A stretch of DNA of 64,000 nucleotides from a bacterium (GTDB taxonomy: Bacteria > Bacillota_I > Bacilli_A > RFN20 > CAG-826). The stretch lies in the NCBI GenBank assembly GCA_963617535.1, contig CAVEPD010000004.1, positions 665 to 64,664 of the forward strand. The letters run 5' to 3'. Every line of letters starts with the position of its first letter. Positions within the stretch are counted from its first letter, which is position 1. Below are positions 19,627 to 27,729 of the stretch, one piece after another. The notes beneath the pieces are model-generated. The model saw nothing but the letters and a program-made list of their open reading frames with translations. It made no database searches and had not been told where the DNA came from. Position numbers and translations under genes: made by a program.

Positions 19627-20676
19627 ATGGAAACATTCATCGAAATCCTTAAAGCCATCGTCTTCGGCATCGTCGAAGGCATCACCGAATGGCTACCCGT
19701 CTCTTCGACGGGGCATATGATCATCCTTGGCCAGTATTGGGGTTTTAAAGCCACTCAAGGCGCGGACTTCTATGACTTCTTCTTGGTCATCATCCAATTG
19801 GGCGCGATCCTCGCGGTCGTCCTCTCTTTCTTCAAGGAACTATGGCCCTTTGGAAAGAACAAAACCAAAGAGGAGAAAAAAGAGATCTGGCTCATGTGGG
19901 GCAAGATCCTCGTCGCTTCGATCCCCGCGGGGGTACTCGGCACCTTATTAGACGACTACATGGACAAGTATCTCTACAACTACTTGATCGTTTCCATCAC
20001 CTTAATCGTCTATGGCTTAGCCTTCCTTCTCATCGAATTCCTTTTGAAACGGAAATCCCATAACATCCAAAGCCGTTACCATCTGAACCGTTCTAGCGCG
20101 ACGGCGTACGATGAAGATGAAGATCACGTCTCAGACACCTATCCTTTATTCAATATCCGGAACGTCACGCGCATTTCTTTCCAATACGCGATGATCATCG
20201 GTCTTGCCCAGTGCTTAGCCCTCATCCCCGGCACCTCCAGGTCAGGCGTTACCATCTGCGCAGCCCTGCTTCTTTCAATTGACCGCAAAACCAGCGCCAA
20301 ATTCTCTTTCTATCTCTCGATCCCCGCGATGTTAGGCGGCTCGCTCATCAAAGGGGTTATGTACGGCATCAAGTTAGCGAAAAAAACCGCCGATCAGCCT
20401 TTCGATGTCACGAAGCTCATCATCATCCTTGTCGGCATGGTCGTGGCATTCGTCGTCTCCATATTCGTCATCAAGTTCTTCATGAAGATGCTTCAGACCA
20501 GAACCTTCAATGCCTTCGGCGTCTACCGTATCCTCTTAGGCATCGTTTTGCTGATTCTATTCTTTGCAGTCGATAAGGGCCAAATCAACAACGTTGCCAT
20601 CGCTCTCCCCGATTATTACGGGGCGATGAGCAATGAAGTCCCAAGTTTCCCAAAGCTTGCCCAATTCCATCTATAA
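19627..20676 (+). CDS. uppP: Undecaprenyl-diphosphate phosphatase (UppP/BacA), unusually long
   Basis: GIVEGITEWLPVSSTGHM and PGTSRSG motifs. At 349 aa it is longer than the ~270-280 aa I recall as typical, because of a central acidic insert (SSATAYDEDEDHVSDTYPLF) and a C-terminal tail. Confidence 0.9.
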   Translation: METFIEILKAIVFGIVEGITEWLPVSSTGHMIILGQYWGFKATQGADFYDFFLVIIQLGAILAVVLSFFKELWPFGKNKTKEEKKEIWLMWGKILVASIPAGVLGTLLDDYMDKYLYNYLIVSITLIVYGLAFLLIEFLLKRKSHNIQSRYHLNRSSATAYDEDEDHVSDTYPLFNIRNVTRISFQYAMIIGLAQCLALIPGTSRSGVTICAALLLSIDRKTSAKFSFYLSIPAMLGGSLIKGVMYGIKLAKKTADQPFDVTKLIIILVGMVVAFVVSIFVIKFFMKMLQTRTFNAFGVYRILLGIVLLILFFAVDKGQINNVAIALPDYYGAMSNEVPSFPKLAQFHL

Positions 20677-20700
20677 TCGTTCCCATGATTGGAGGTAATT

Positions 20701-21564
20701 ATGAAGAAAACAAACGAAGACGTAATCGAGAATGAAACCGTCCCCGTCGAGGAAGACCTCGGCAAAGCGGAAACAGAAAAAAGCGGGATCACCCTCTCTC
20801 AGATCGGCCATATGATCTGGAAGCACTGGGTCGCCGCGGTTGTTTGCTTATTGGTCGGCTTAGCGGGAGGCGTTGGCTACTCGAAGTTCATCAAGACCCC
20901 GAAGTATCAGGCCACCGTCCAGCTCATGGTTGTCGACTCCTCGACCGGCAGCACAGCGGATAATATCAACCTCGCCCTCAAGAAAACCCAGATTGCCTAC
21001 GGGTATATGACGACCGACGAAGTCGTCACCGAGATTGGGAAGAAGCTAGGCGAGAAGAACTACGACGTCTATCTCAAGGATTCTAGCGGCAAGACGACGG
21101 AGAACGTTGATATCAGCAAAGTCAAAGGCTACTACACCGTCTCTATTCCTACCGTCACCACGAACTCCACGAGCGTCTTCTTAAGCGTCACCTCGACCTG
21201 CAAGAATGAATCCATGGCGATTGATGTTGCTAACCTCGCCGTAGAGTCCACCATCAGCCTTGCTAACGCCACCACCTCCACGGTCTATGGCTTGCTGCAA
21301 AACTCCTTGGTCTCCATGGGCAACGCTAATAGCGCCAAAGACACCTCCACTTCCACCTTGGTCTTTGCCGCAGTGGGCGCGCTTGCTGGCTTAGTCGTCG
21401 GCGCAGCCTATGGCATCATCCGCGAGCTCCTCAACAGCAAAGTCTCCTCGAAGGTCGATCTTGAGACCATCACCGGTTATAAGGTCATCGGCATGATTCC
21501 GAAGTACGAGAACGCCCCTGAAAAGAAAGAGGAACCCAAAGAAGGAGGAAAAGACAATGCCTGA
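20701..21564 (+). CDS. Wzz/CpsC-type chain-length determinant and BY-kinase transmembrane modulator
   Basis: N-terminal TM (WVAAVVCLLVGLAGGVGY), an extracellular domain, and a C-terminal TM (LVFAAVGALAGLVVGAAYGII). The GGAGG RBS favours the ATG at 20701. 8-nt overlap with the kinase gene. Confidence 0.75.
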   Translation: MKKTNEDVIENETVPVEEDLGKAETEKSGITLSQIGHMIWKHWVAAVVCLLVGLAGGVGYSKFIKTPKYQATVQLMVVDSSTGSTADNINLALKKTQIAYGYMTTDEVVTEIGKKLGEKNYDVYLKDSSGKTTENVDISKVKGYYTVSIPTVTTNSTSVFLSVTSTCKNESMAIDVANLAVESTISLANATTSTVYGLLQNSLVSMGNANSAKDTSTSTLVFAAVGALAGLVVGAAYGIIRELLNSKVSSKVDLETITGYKVIGMIPKYENAPEKKEEPKEGGKDNA

Positions 21565-22342
21565 GAACAAAAAGAACGTCCAGAATACCGCCCAGCGTCG
21601 TATTAACGAAGCCGGGATCATCAAGGACTTCAACTCCGTCGAAGCCGACGCCATCATCCGCCTTCAGACCAACATCGACTTCGCTTCCTTGGAACACAAG
21701 ATCACTTGCTACGCGGTCACCTCGGCCCAAGAAGCCGAAGGCAAGACCACGATGAGCGCTAACCTCGCCGTCATCTACGCCGAAAAGGGCTTAAAGGTCG
21801 CTCTCCTTGACTTAGACCTCCGTCAGCCTTCCGTCCACCGCTTGTTCCATTTCAAGAACCAGGTCGGCATCGTGGACTACTGCAAAGGCGACGCCGAATT
21901 AAGCGACATCATCCACAATGTTCAGGGAGTAGATGTCATCTCCGCGGGCAGCCACACTCCCTTCCCTGGCAAGATCCTAGGAAGCGAGAAGATGAAAGAG
22001 CTCATCGCCGAGCTTAAGAAAACTTACGACTACGTGATTCTCGATACCCCTCCTGTCCTCGTCGTCTCCGACGCCTATCTCATCGGCAGAGACGTCGATG
22101 GCTTCTTGATCGTCTGCAGCCAGCACGTCTCGAAGAAGAAAGACGTGAACGCGGCCTGCCGCTCCCTTGAAGAGAAGAGGATGAACATCATCGGCATCGC
22201 GATGGCGATGGTCACCACCGACGAAGACCAAGGCAAATGCGGCTATGGCTACGCCTCCAAATACGGCTATGGATACGGATACCATAGCTATGGCTACCAT
22301 AGGCATAGCAATCCTAAGGGCGATAACCCCGAGGATAAGTAA
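21557..22342 (+). CDS. CpsD/CapB-family protein tyrosine kinase (BY-kinase)
   Basis: Walker A (SAQEAEGKTT), Walker A' (LLDLDLRQP), Walker B (VILDTPP), and a C-terminal tyrosine cluster (GYGYASKYGYGYGYHSYGYH). Confidence 0.9.
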   Translation: MPENKKNVQNTAQRRINEAGIIKDFNSVEADAIIRLQTNIDFASLEHKITCYAVTSAQEAEGKTTMSANLAVIYAEKGLKVALLDLDLRQPSVHRLFHFKNQVGIVDYCKGDAELSDIIHNVQGVDVISAGSHTPFPGKILGSEKMKELIAELKKTYDYVILDTPPVLVVSDAYLIGRDVDGFLIVCSQHVSKKKDVNAACRSLEEKRMNIIGIAMAMVTTDEDQGKCGYGYASKYGYGYGYHSYGYHRHSNPKGDNPEDK

Positions 22343-22358
22343 AAACATCAATGAACTG

Positions 22359-22388
22359 GAGCGGTCCAAAAGGCCGCTCTTTTCATAT
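22359..22388 (+). terminator. Intrinsic terminator after the BY-kinase gene
   Basis: GAGCGGTCC-AAAA-GGCCGCTC stem followed by TTTTC. Confidence 0.7.
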
Positions 22389-22544
22389 TTCAAGCAAACG
22401 AAAATCAAGGGGATCAACTAAAAGACAATGCATTGCCATATTGGTTGAGGCTTTCTAAAAGCAACAATCCCTACAACGCTTTTTTCCTACTGGCAAAACG
22501 AAAAACATGAGTTTCGCGTCTAAATAAGAGAGCGTCAAAGAGAA

Positions 22545-23012
22545 TCATCCCTCTTTCTTTATCTCTTTATTAATAAACCCTTCGATACCCTTTTCGATAT
22601 CTTGATAGGCCGAGGTGAAATCTAAGGTATAGAAGGGATCCGCGATGTCCCTTTTTTCTTCCGTATAGTCCAAAAGGCGATGCAGTTTCTCCGGATGGGC
22701 ATTCGACATCATTCTCTTAACCGCGATCTTCTGGTAGTTCTCCATGACGATCACATAGTCTTGGGATAAATACTCTTTAGGGGTGAGCATATGAGCCGCA
22801 TGAGTCTCATAAGGAATATGATGCTCATCAAGTTCTTTTTTACTCTCTGGATGCATGTCCTCCCCTAACGTGGACTTCTCTAAGCCCGCGGAGGTGACGA
22901 TATAGTCATTTTCTAAGCCTAGTTCTTTCAGGCGATAACGAAGCAAGAACATCGCCGCGGGCGAGCGGCAGATGTTGCCTTGGCAAAGGAAGAGGATACG
23001 CGTGGGATTCAT
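22545..23012 (-). CDS. Low-molecular-weight protein tyrosine phosphatase
   Basis: Has the LCQGNICRSP (CX5R) active-site loop. 155 aa. Confidence 0.9.
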   Translation of the reverse strand: MNPTRILFLCQGNICRSPAAMFLLRYRLKELGLENDYIVTSAGLEKSTLGEDMHPESKKELDEHHIPYETHAAHMLTPKEYLSQDYVIVMENYQKIAVKRMMSNAHPEKLHRLLDYTEEKRDIADPFYTLDFTSAYQDIEKGIEGFINKEIKKEG

Positions 23013-23062
23013 GTCCTTTATTATCGTGCTTTCCCTTTAAGGGGTAAAGCCCGCCAATGGCT

Positions 23063-23220
23063 TTCATCATATGTCATAGAAGAATAAAACGCAGGTGATT
23101 ATGCCGCGTCAAAAAGAGAAGCAAAAAGCCTCCAAGGTCAAAATATGTCGACATCGCCTAAATTCATCATATGTCATGAAGAAATCACATCACATGTCAA
23201 AGGTCATGACATATGATGAA
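23063..23220. promoter_or_regulatory. Cluster of repeated 15-mers TTCATCATATGTCAT (two direct copies, one inverted) plus an ATGTCGACAT palindrome, in the divergent LMW-PTP / capE-like intergenic region
   Basis: Exact copies at 23063-23077 and 23163-23177. Exact reverse complement at 23206-23220. Palindrome at 23145-23154. An additional ATGTCA half-site lies near 23193. Confidence 0.6.
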
Positions 23221-23328
23221 ATTCCGCAAGTTCAAGGTTTAAGTCTTCATTGAGCCCCATCCCCTTGGGCAAACCAATCACTTATTATTGTGCTAAAATC
23301 ACTTCATCCATTCAGGAGACATTCATTC

Positions 23329-24354
23329 ATGAGCAATTTGTTAGACGGCAAGACCCTCCTCATCACCGGGGGCACCGGGAGCTTCGGCCACGCGGTCGTC
23401 GACCGTTTGGTGAGTACCCCCATCAAGGAGATCCGCATCCTCTCGCGCGACGAGAAGAAGCAGGACGACATGAGGAAGGAGTACGACTCCGAGAAGCTCA
23501 AGTTCTACATCGGGGACGTGAGGGACTACAACGCGATCGAGCGCGCCTTCGTCGGGGTCGACTACGTCTTCTCCGCGGCCGCTTTGAAGCAGGTCCCTAG
23601 CTGCGAGTTCTTCCCCATGGAGGCGGTGAAGACCAACGTCCAGGGAAGCGACAACGTCATCTCCGCCTGCGTGAGGAACCACGTCAAGAAAGCGATATTC
23701 CTAAGCACCGACAAGGCCGCCTACCCCATCAACGCGATGGGGATGACCAAGGCCCTCATGGAGAAGAACGTGGTGGCCAGAAGCCGCCAGCTCCTCCCGG
23801 GCGACACGGTGCTCTGCCTGACGCGCTACGGCAACGTCATGGCCTCGAGGGGCTCCGTGATCCCGCTCTTCCTCCAGCAGATCAAAGAGGGGAGGCCCAT
23901 CACCATCACGAACCCCGACATGACGCGCTTCATGATGACCCTCGACGACGCGGTGGACCTCGTCCTCTACGCCTTCGAGCACGGCGAGCAGGGCGACCTC
24001 TTCGTCCAGAAGGCCCCGGCCGCGACCATCGGCACCCTCGCCGAGGCGGTCCTCAGGCTTGAGGGTTCGGACATGAAGCCCGAGTACATCGGGACGCGCC
24101 ACGGCGAGAAGCTCTTCGAGACCCTGGTCACCCAGGAGGAGATGCTGCGCGCCGAGGACATGGGGGACTTCTTCTGCGTCCACGCGGACAAGAGGAACCT
24201 CAACTACGACCAGTACTTCACCAAAGGCGACGCGAGGCTGAACCTCGGCGAGTCCTACACCTCGCACAACACGGGGAGGCTCGACGTGGAGGGGATGATG
24301 GATCTCCTCAGGAAGCTCGCCCTCTTCGGCGGGCCGGTCAAGCAGCACGACTGA
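23329..24354 (+). CDS. Soluble short-chain UDP-N-acetylglucosamine 4,6-dehydratase (CapE/FnlA/PseB-like)
   Basis: MSNLLDGKTLLITGGTGSFGHAVV, SAAALKQVPSCEFFPMEAVKTNV, TRYGNVMASRGSVIPLF, C-terminal SYTSHNT. An AGGAG RBS precedes the ATG at 23329. By eye this is the most GC-rich gene in the window. Confidence 0.85.
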   Translation: MSNLLDGKTLLITGGTGSFGHAVVDRLVSTPIKEIRILSRDEKKQDDMRKEYDSEKLKFYIGDVRDYNAIERAFVGVDYVFSAAALKQVPSCEFFPMEAVKTNVQGSDNVISACVRNHVKKAIFLSTDKAAYPINAMGMTKALMEKNVVARSRQLLPGDTVLCLTRYGNVMASRGSVIPLFLQQIKEGRPITITNPDMTRFMMTLDDAVDLVLYAFEHGEQGDLFVQKAPAATIGTLAEAVLRLEGSDMKPEYIGTRHGEKLFETLVTQEEMLRAEDMGDFFCVHADKRNLNYDQYFTKGDARLNLGESYTSHNTGRLDVEGMMDLLRKLALFGGPVKQHD

Positions 24355-24367
24355 TAGAACCATAACG

Positions 24368-24396
24368 AAACGCGATGGGAAACCACCGCGTTTTTT
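24368..24396 (+). terminator. Intrinsic terminator after the capE-like gene
   Basis: CGCGATGG-GAAA-CCACCGCG stem followed by a T6 run. Confidence 0.7.
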
Positions 24397-24413
24397 ATCT
24401 GTTTAATCACTCC

Positions 24414-25383
24414 CTAAAATTGCTCATCAAGTAAGCTAAGCAGTCTTTTTTTGAGATCGATGCCCTCAGAAATGAAGGAAGGATAAACATTGCCCGTAAG
24501 AAAATAAAGCCATAAGGAGACCATCCTGGCGGTTCTGCCGTTGTAATCGAAATAGGGATGGACATAGAGGAGATAATAATGGGCGAGCTGAGGCAAAAAG
24601 AATTTAAGCTTGGGGTTCTTCAGATTCTCGTTCACGAAAGCGAATAAGGAATCCATGCATTCCTTGATTTTTTCATGAGGCACTCTTGATAATGATCGAT
24701 TTCGACTTCATCGTGCCTATAAAGATTGCCTGTTAGCAGTTGATCCTCCTCGTCAAGGCAGCCATTGCTTAACAAAGCATATAGGTGGGTAAGGTTTCTT
24801 TCGTCAAAGGACGGCTTAGCAAGAACGAAGTCGATGCCCTTAGCCATGTTTTTCACGATGAGGTCGTTTCGATTAATGGGTTCGGCATCTTCTTGAATTA
24901 GCTCAATCATCCTCTTCTGGGGGATCGAGATGCCTTCCACGGAAAGGCTACCGTCGATTTCGGAATATAAAAGGGAATGATCGATAGCTTCTTTGGTGAA
25001 ATCGCTTAAGTCCAGGCTTGAGGCAAGCTCAAGAAGCGAATTCTCCATAGAGGAGAGTTTATCTAGGGCCAAAAAGAAAAGAGGCGCGACATTCCAGCTG
25101 AGAAGATTGAGCTTGATAATCTCTCATCCCCTCCTTTTTCGACGATCTCCACTTTCCTTTTACTGAGCTTATCGAAGTCGAATAGGGACAGGAACGTTTT
25201 TGCCTTTGTCCCGTATTTCAGCTCACGAGGATCGTAATAAACGCCGCTTCGTTGTTTTTGATGATTTCGTCGGAGTTCACAAGGGCATTGTAAACCTTTT
25301 CGTAAACCTTCTTGTGAACTCCATTTCGCAAGTGGCAGCGAACGTCCTAAGAATCCATCATCCCAAAAACTCGTTGCTTTCAT
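24414..25383 (-). pseudogene. Decayed Fic-domain gene (two or more frameshifts)
   Basis: The C-terminal ORF carries a degenerate Fic motif, HPYFDYNGRTAR (canonical HPFx[D/E]GNGRxxR). The N-terminal ORF (24632..25072) runs into it out of frame across an A6 run (plus-strand T6 at 24668-24673). Upstream (25073-25383), protein-like segments are spread across three frames. Confidence 0.6.
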
Positions 25384-25426
25384 TACAGCGTTTCATATTT
25401 CCCACATCCCAACGGATGAAAAAGCT

Positions 25427-25470
25427 TATTTCCCCAAAACTTATCAAAAAACATAGATTTTGGGGAAATA
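25427..25470. repeat. Hairpin repeat copy 1: TATTTCCCCAAAA-N18-TTTTGGGGAAATA
   Basis: Perfect 13-bp arms (25427-25439 and 25458-25470). It directly abuts a GGAGG and a 16-codon ORF (25481..25531). Confidence 0.7.
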
Positions 25471-25566
25471 GGAGGTAAATATGGACAGTATTGGCAGAGC
25501 CGAAGAGCAGAGAAAGTTTCTTTCCCTCTAAGCTCATCTCAAGGGAGGAGGGCACGTTAGACTCGC

Positions 25567-25610
25567 TATTTCCCCAAAATCTATCTAAAAACACAGGTTT
25601 TGGGGAAATA
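25567..25610. repeat. Hairpin repeat copy 2: TATTTCCCCAAAA-N18-TTTTGGGGAAATA
   Basis: Arms identical to copy 1 (25567-25579 and 25598-25610). The loop is similar (tctatctaaaaacacagg versus cttatcaaaaaacataga). It lies 140 nt downstream of copy 1. Confidence 0.7.
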
Positions 25611-25684
25611 TAAGAAGGGAAACGCACATAAACCAGCACAAAGCAAGAAGGATTAGCCTCAACAGCGCTAAAAAATTGGAGTGA

Positions 25685-26332
25685 TCAATGACCAAACGTT
25701 TTTTTCGCGGCCTTAATCACATCTTCGAAGTTAGATAGAGTTTCATCAGGCGAAACAGCTTTCCCAAACCCATATTCGGCAAAGAAAAAGGGAATGCCAA
25801 CCAACCGAGTCTCTTTCTCGTCTCCCGCGGTATCTCCGATATAGGCAGCTTCCTTAATCCCGTGTTTTTCCATTAAAAGCTTAATAGACCCGTGTTTTGG
25901 CAAAAGGGTATCCCCATAGCAAAGATGATCAGTAAATATCTCAGGATGTTTCAAGGCTTTTAGATAGTCTTCAATATAGCCTTTTTGGCAATTGGACATG
26001 ATGAACAGGGTGTAACCCCTCTTTTTAAGTTCCATCAAAACTTCTTCTTCCTTGGGGAAAAGTTCACCAGGATGATCAGCAAGATATTCGACTTCATAGA
26101 TAAAAGCCTCGCTCGCCCAAATTTTTCCTTTTTCAGGATCTGGGGTGAGGGATGCGATATTCTTCGCGATTTCCGTCATCGGGAGTCCCATCTGGGCCCT
26201 CACGTCATTTTCGGTAATATAGAAAGAATCCCCGAAATACTTCTTCCCGCATAAACTCCAGGACTCCGCGACTACTTTCGTCGAATCCCAAAGGGTGCCG
26301 TCCAAGTCAAAAATCAACGCTACATTATTCAT
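25685..26332 (-). CDS. HAD-superfamily hydrolase (phosphatase)
   Basis: ALIFDLDGTLWDS motif I and IGDTAGD motif. The start was set to the ATG at 26332, which has a GAGTGGAG RBS. Confidence 0.8.
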   Translation of the reverse strand: MNNVALIFDLDGTLWDSTKVVAESWSLCGKKYFGDSFYITENDVRAQMGLPMTEIAKNIASLTPDPEKGKIWASEAFIYEVEYLADHPGELFPKEEEVLMELKKRGYTLFIMSNCQKGYIEDYLKALKHPEIFTDHLCYGDTLLPKHGSIKLLMEKHGIKEAAYIGDTAGDEKETRLVGIPFFFAEYGFGKAVSPDETLSNFEDVIKAAKKTFGH

Positions 26333-26375
26333 GCAAAACTCCACTCTTTTTATATAAAAGCCCGCAAAACCTTAT

Positions 26376-27668
26376 TTAAATAAGGTCATTTAATTCCTTC
26401 TCAAGTTTTTTGAATCTCTTTTGCTTATGGGATTCCTTAATCCCTTTAATGAACACCATCTGCACATCATCCAAGGTAGTTAAATCCTCAAGGGGGTTCC
26501 CTTTCAAGACGATGAGGTCAGCATCTTTATTAAGATCAATCGAACCCGTAACATCGTCAATCCCGAGGATCCTCGCATTTCCAAGAGTCCCCGCATATAA
26601 GGCTTCCGCGTTGGAACAGCCAACGGTCTTCTTGTAATAGCAAAGTTCTCTCCACATGGAGGAATGGGTGGCGAAAGGGCAAGAAGCATCCGTGCCTAAG
26701 CCCGCTTTGATGCCCATTTGATAACAGGATTTCGCCGAAGAGACGACGCCCTCGTAAATCTTAGAGACCGCAAGCAATTGGCCTTCGCTGTATTTGGAAA
26801 CGCTTTTATCTAACAATGCAGCGGGAAGAGCCGGGGAAAGAGTCGTAATTAGGCGGCTCCTGTACGCGGATAAACCTTCCATCATTTCCCGATCAAGGAT
26901 CGCCCCATGTTCAATCGTGTCGATTCCGCCTTTAATGCATAAGGCAAAGCCTTCGCTTGATTCGCAATGGGCGGAGACTCTGAATCCTTTTTTATGAGCG
27001 TAATCCACGCACCACTTAATTTGCTCTAGGCTCATTCTAGGGGCGCCAGGAATTTCACCTGGCAAGGCATCCATTGCGCCTGAAGTGACCATAAGCTTCA
27101 CCCAATCGCAGCCATGTTTGATATTTTCATCAATTGCAGCAACGAACTCTTCTTTCGTGGTGCACCCTTTGGATATGGAGCCCACGCCATGGCCATCAGG
27201 GGTCGTGACCGCATAGCCAGAAGATAGGACTCTAGGCCCTAGGAACTTGCCTTCTTTGATGGCTTTTTTCGCCCATTCGTCCGCGTAATGCAGATCGCCT
27301 AAAGAACGAACGGTGGTCGTGCCAGAACGCAGGCTTTGCTGCAAAGAAGCTTTTGCCAAACTATGAAGGACAATTTGTCCTAAGCCAGTCGCGGCGAACT
27401 TCACCAAACGTTTCTGAGAGTTCCCTTTCGATGCAATTACTTTTTTAGGGACCCCGTTTCCGAATAAATGGACATGAGCGTCGATTAATCCTGGGCAAAC
27501 ATAGTCCCCATGCAAATCAATCACCTTCTCGTTTTTGGCAGGCTTCATGTCTTGCCCAAAGGTGATGATTTTCCCTTCTTTCACGCGTATGGCAGCTTTT
27601 TCTAAAACGCTCCCCTCATTCACATTTACAAGGTTGCAATTTATAAGCAAAAAAGAATCGTTTTTCAT
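26376..27668 (-). CDS. Metal-dependent amidohydrolase family protein
   Basis: GLIDAHVHL (HxH) motif and a later SAHCE segment. The start was set to the ATG at 27668, which avoids overlap with the upstream gene. Confidence 0.75.
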   Translation of the reverse strand: MKNDSFLLINCNLVNVNEGSVLEKAAIRVKEGKIITFGQDMKPAKNEKVIDLHGDYVCPGLIDAHVHLFGNGVPKKVIASKGNSQKRLVKFAATGLGQIVLHSLAKASLQQSLRSGTTTVRSLGDLHYADEWAKKAIKEGKFLGPRVLSSGYAVTTPDGHGVGSISKGCTTKEEFVAAIDENIKHGCDWVKLMVTSGAMDALPGEIPGAPRMSLEQIKWCVDYAHKKGFRVSAHCESSEGFALCIKGGIDTIEHGAILDREMMEGLSAYRSRLITTLSPALPAALLDKSVSKYSEGQLLAVSKIYEGVVSSAKSCYQMGIKAGLGTDASCPFATHSSMWRELCYYKKTVGCSNAEALYAGTLGNARILGIDDVTGSIDLNKDADLIVLKGNPLEDLTTLDDVQMVFIKGIKESHKQKRFKKLEKELNDLI

Positions 27669-27729
27669 AGCAACAATTTTCCGCCTTGAAGGAAGAATTA
27701 CAACACCCTTGCGCCAAATAAAAGGGGCT

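Noticed and set aside
23304-24363. Long antisense ORFs (23701..24363, 220 aa; 23341..23682) opposite the capE-like gene
   Set aside because: Same shadow-ORF signature (poly-E/V/G/R/L). The sense strand encodes a full-length dehydratase.
25063-25383. 106-aa ORF as an independent gene
   Set aside because: Its composition is implausible (WSSQEGLRKGLQCPCELRRNHQKQRSG). More protein-like segments lie in the other two frames, so I treat it as part of the decayed Fic region.
25427-25610. Possible CRISPR array
   Set aside because: There are only two repeat copies, the spacing is ~96 nt, the repeats are themselves long perfect hairpins, and no cas genes are present.
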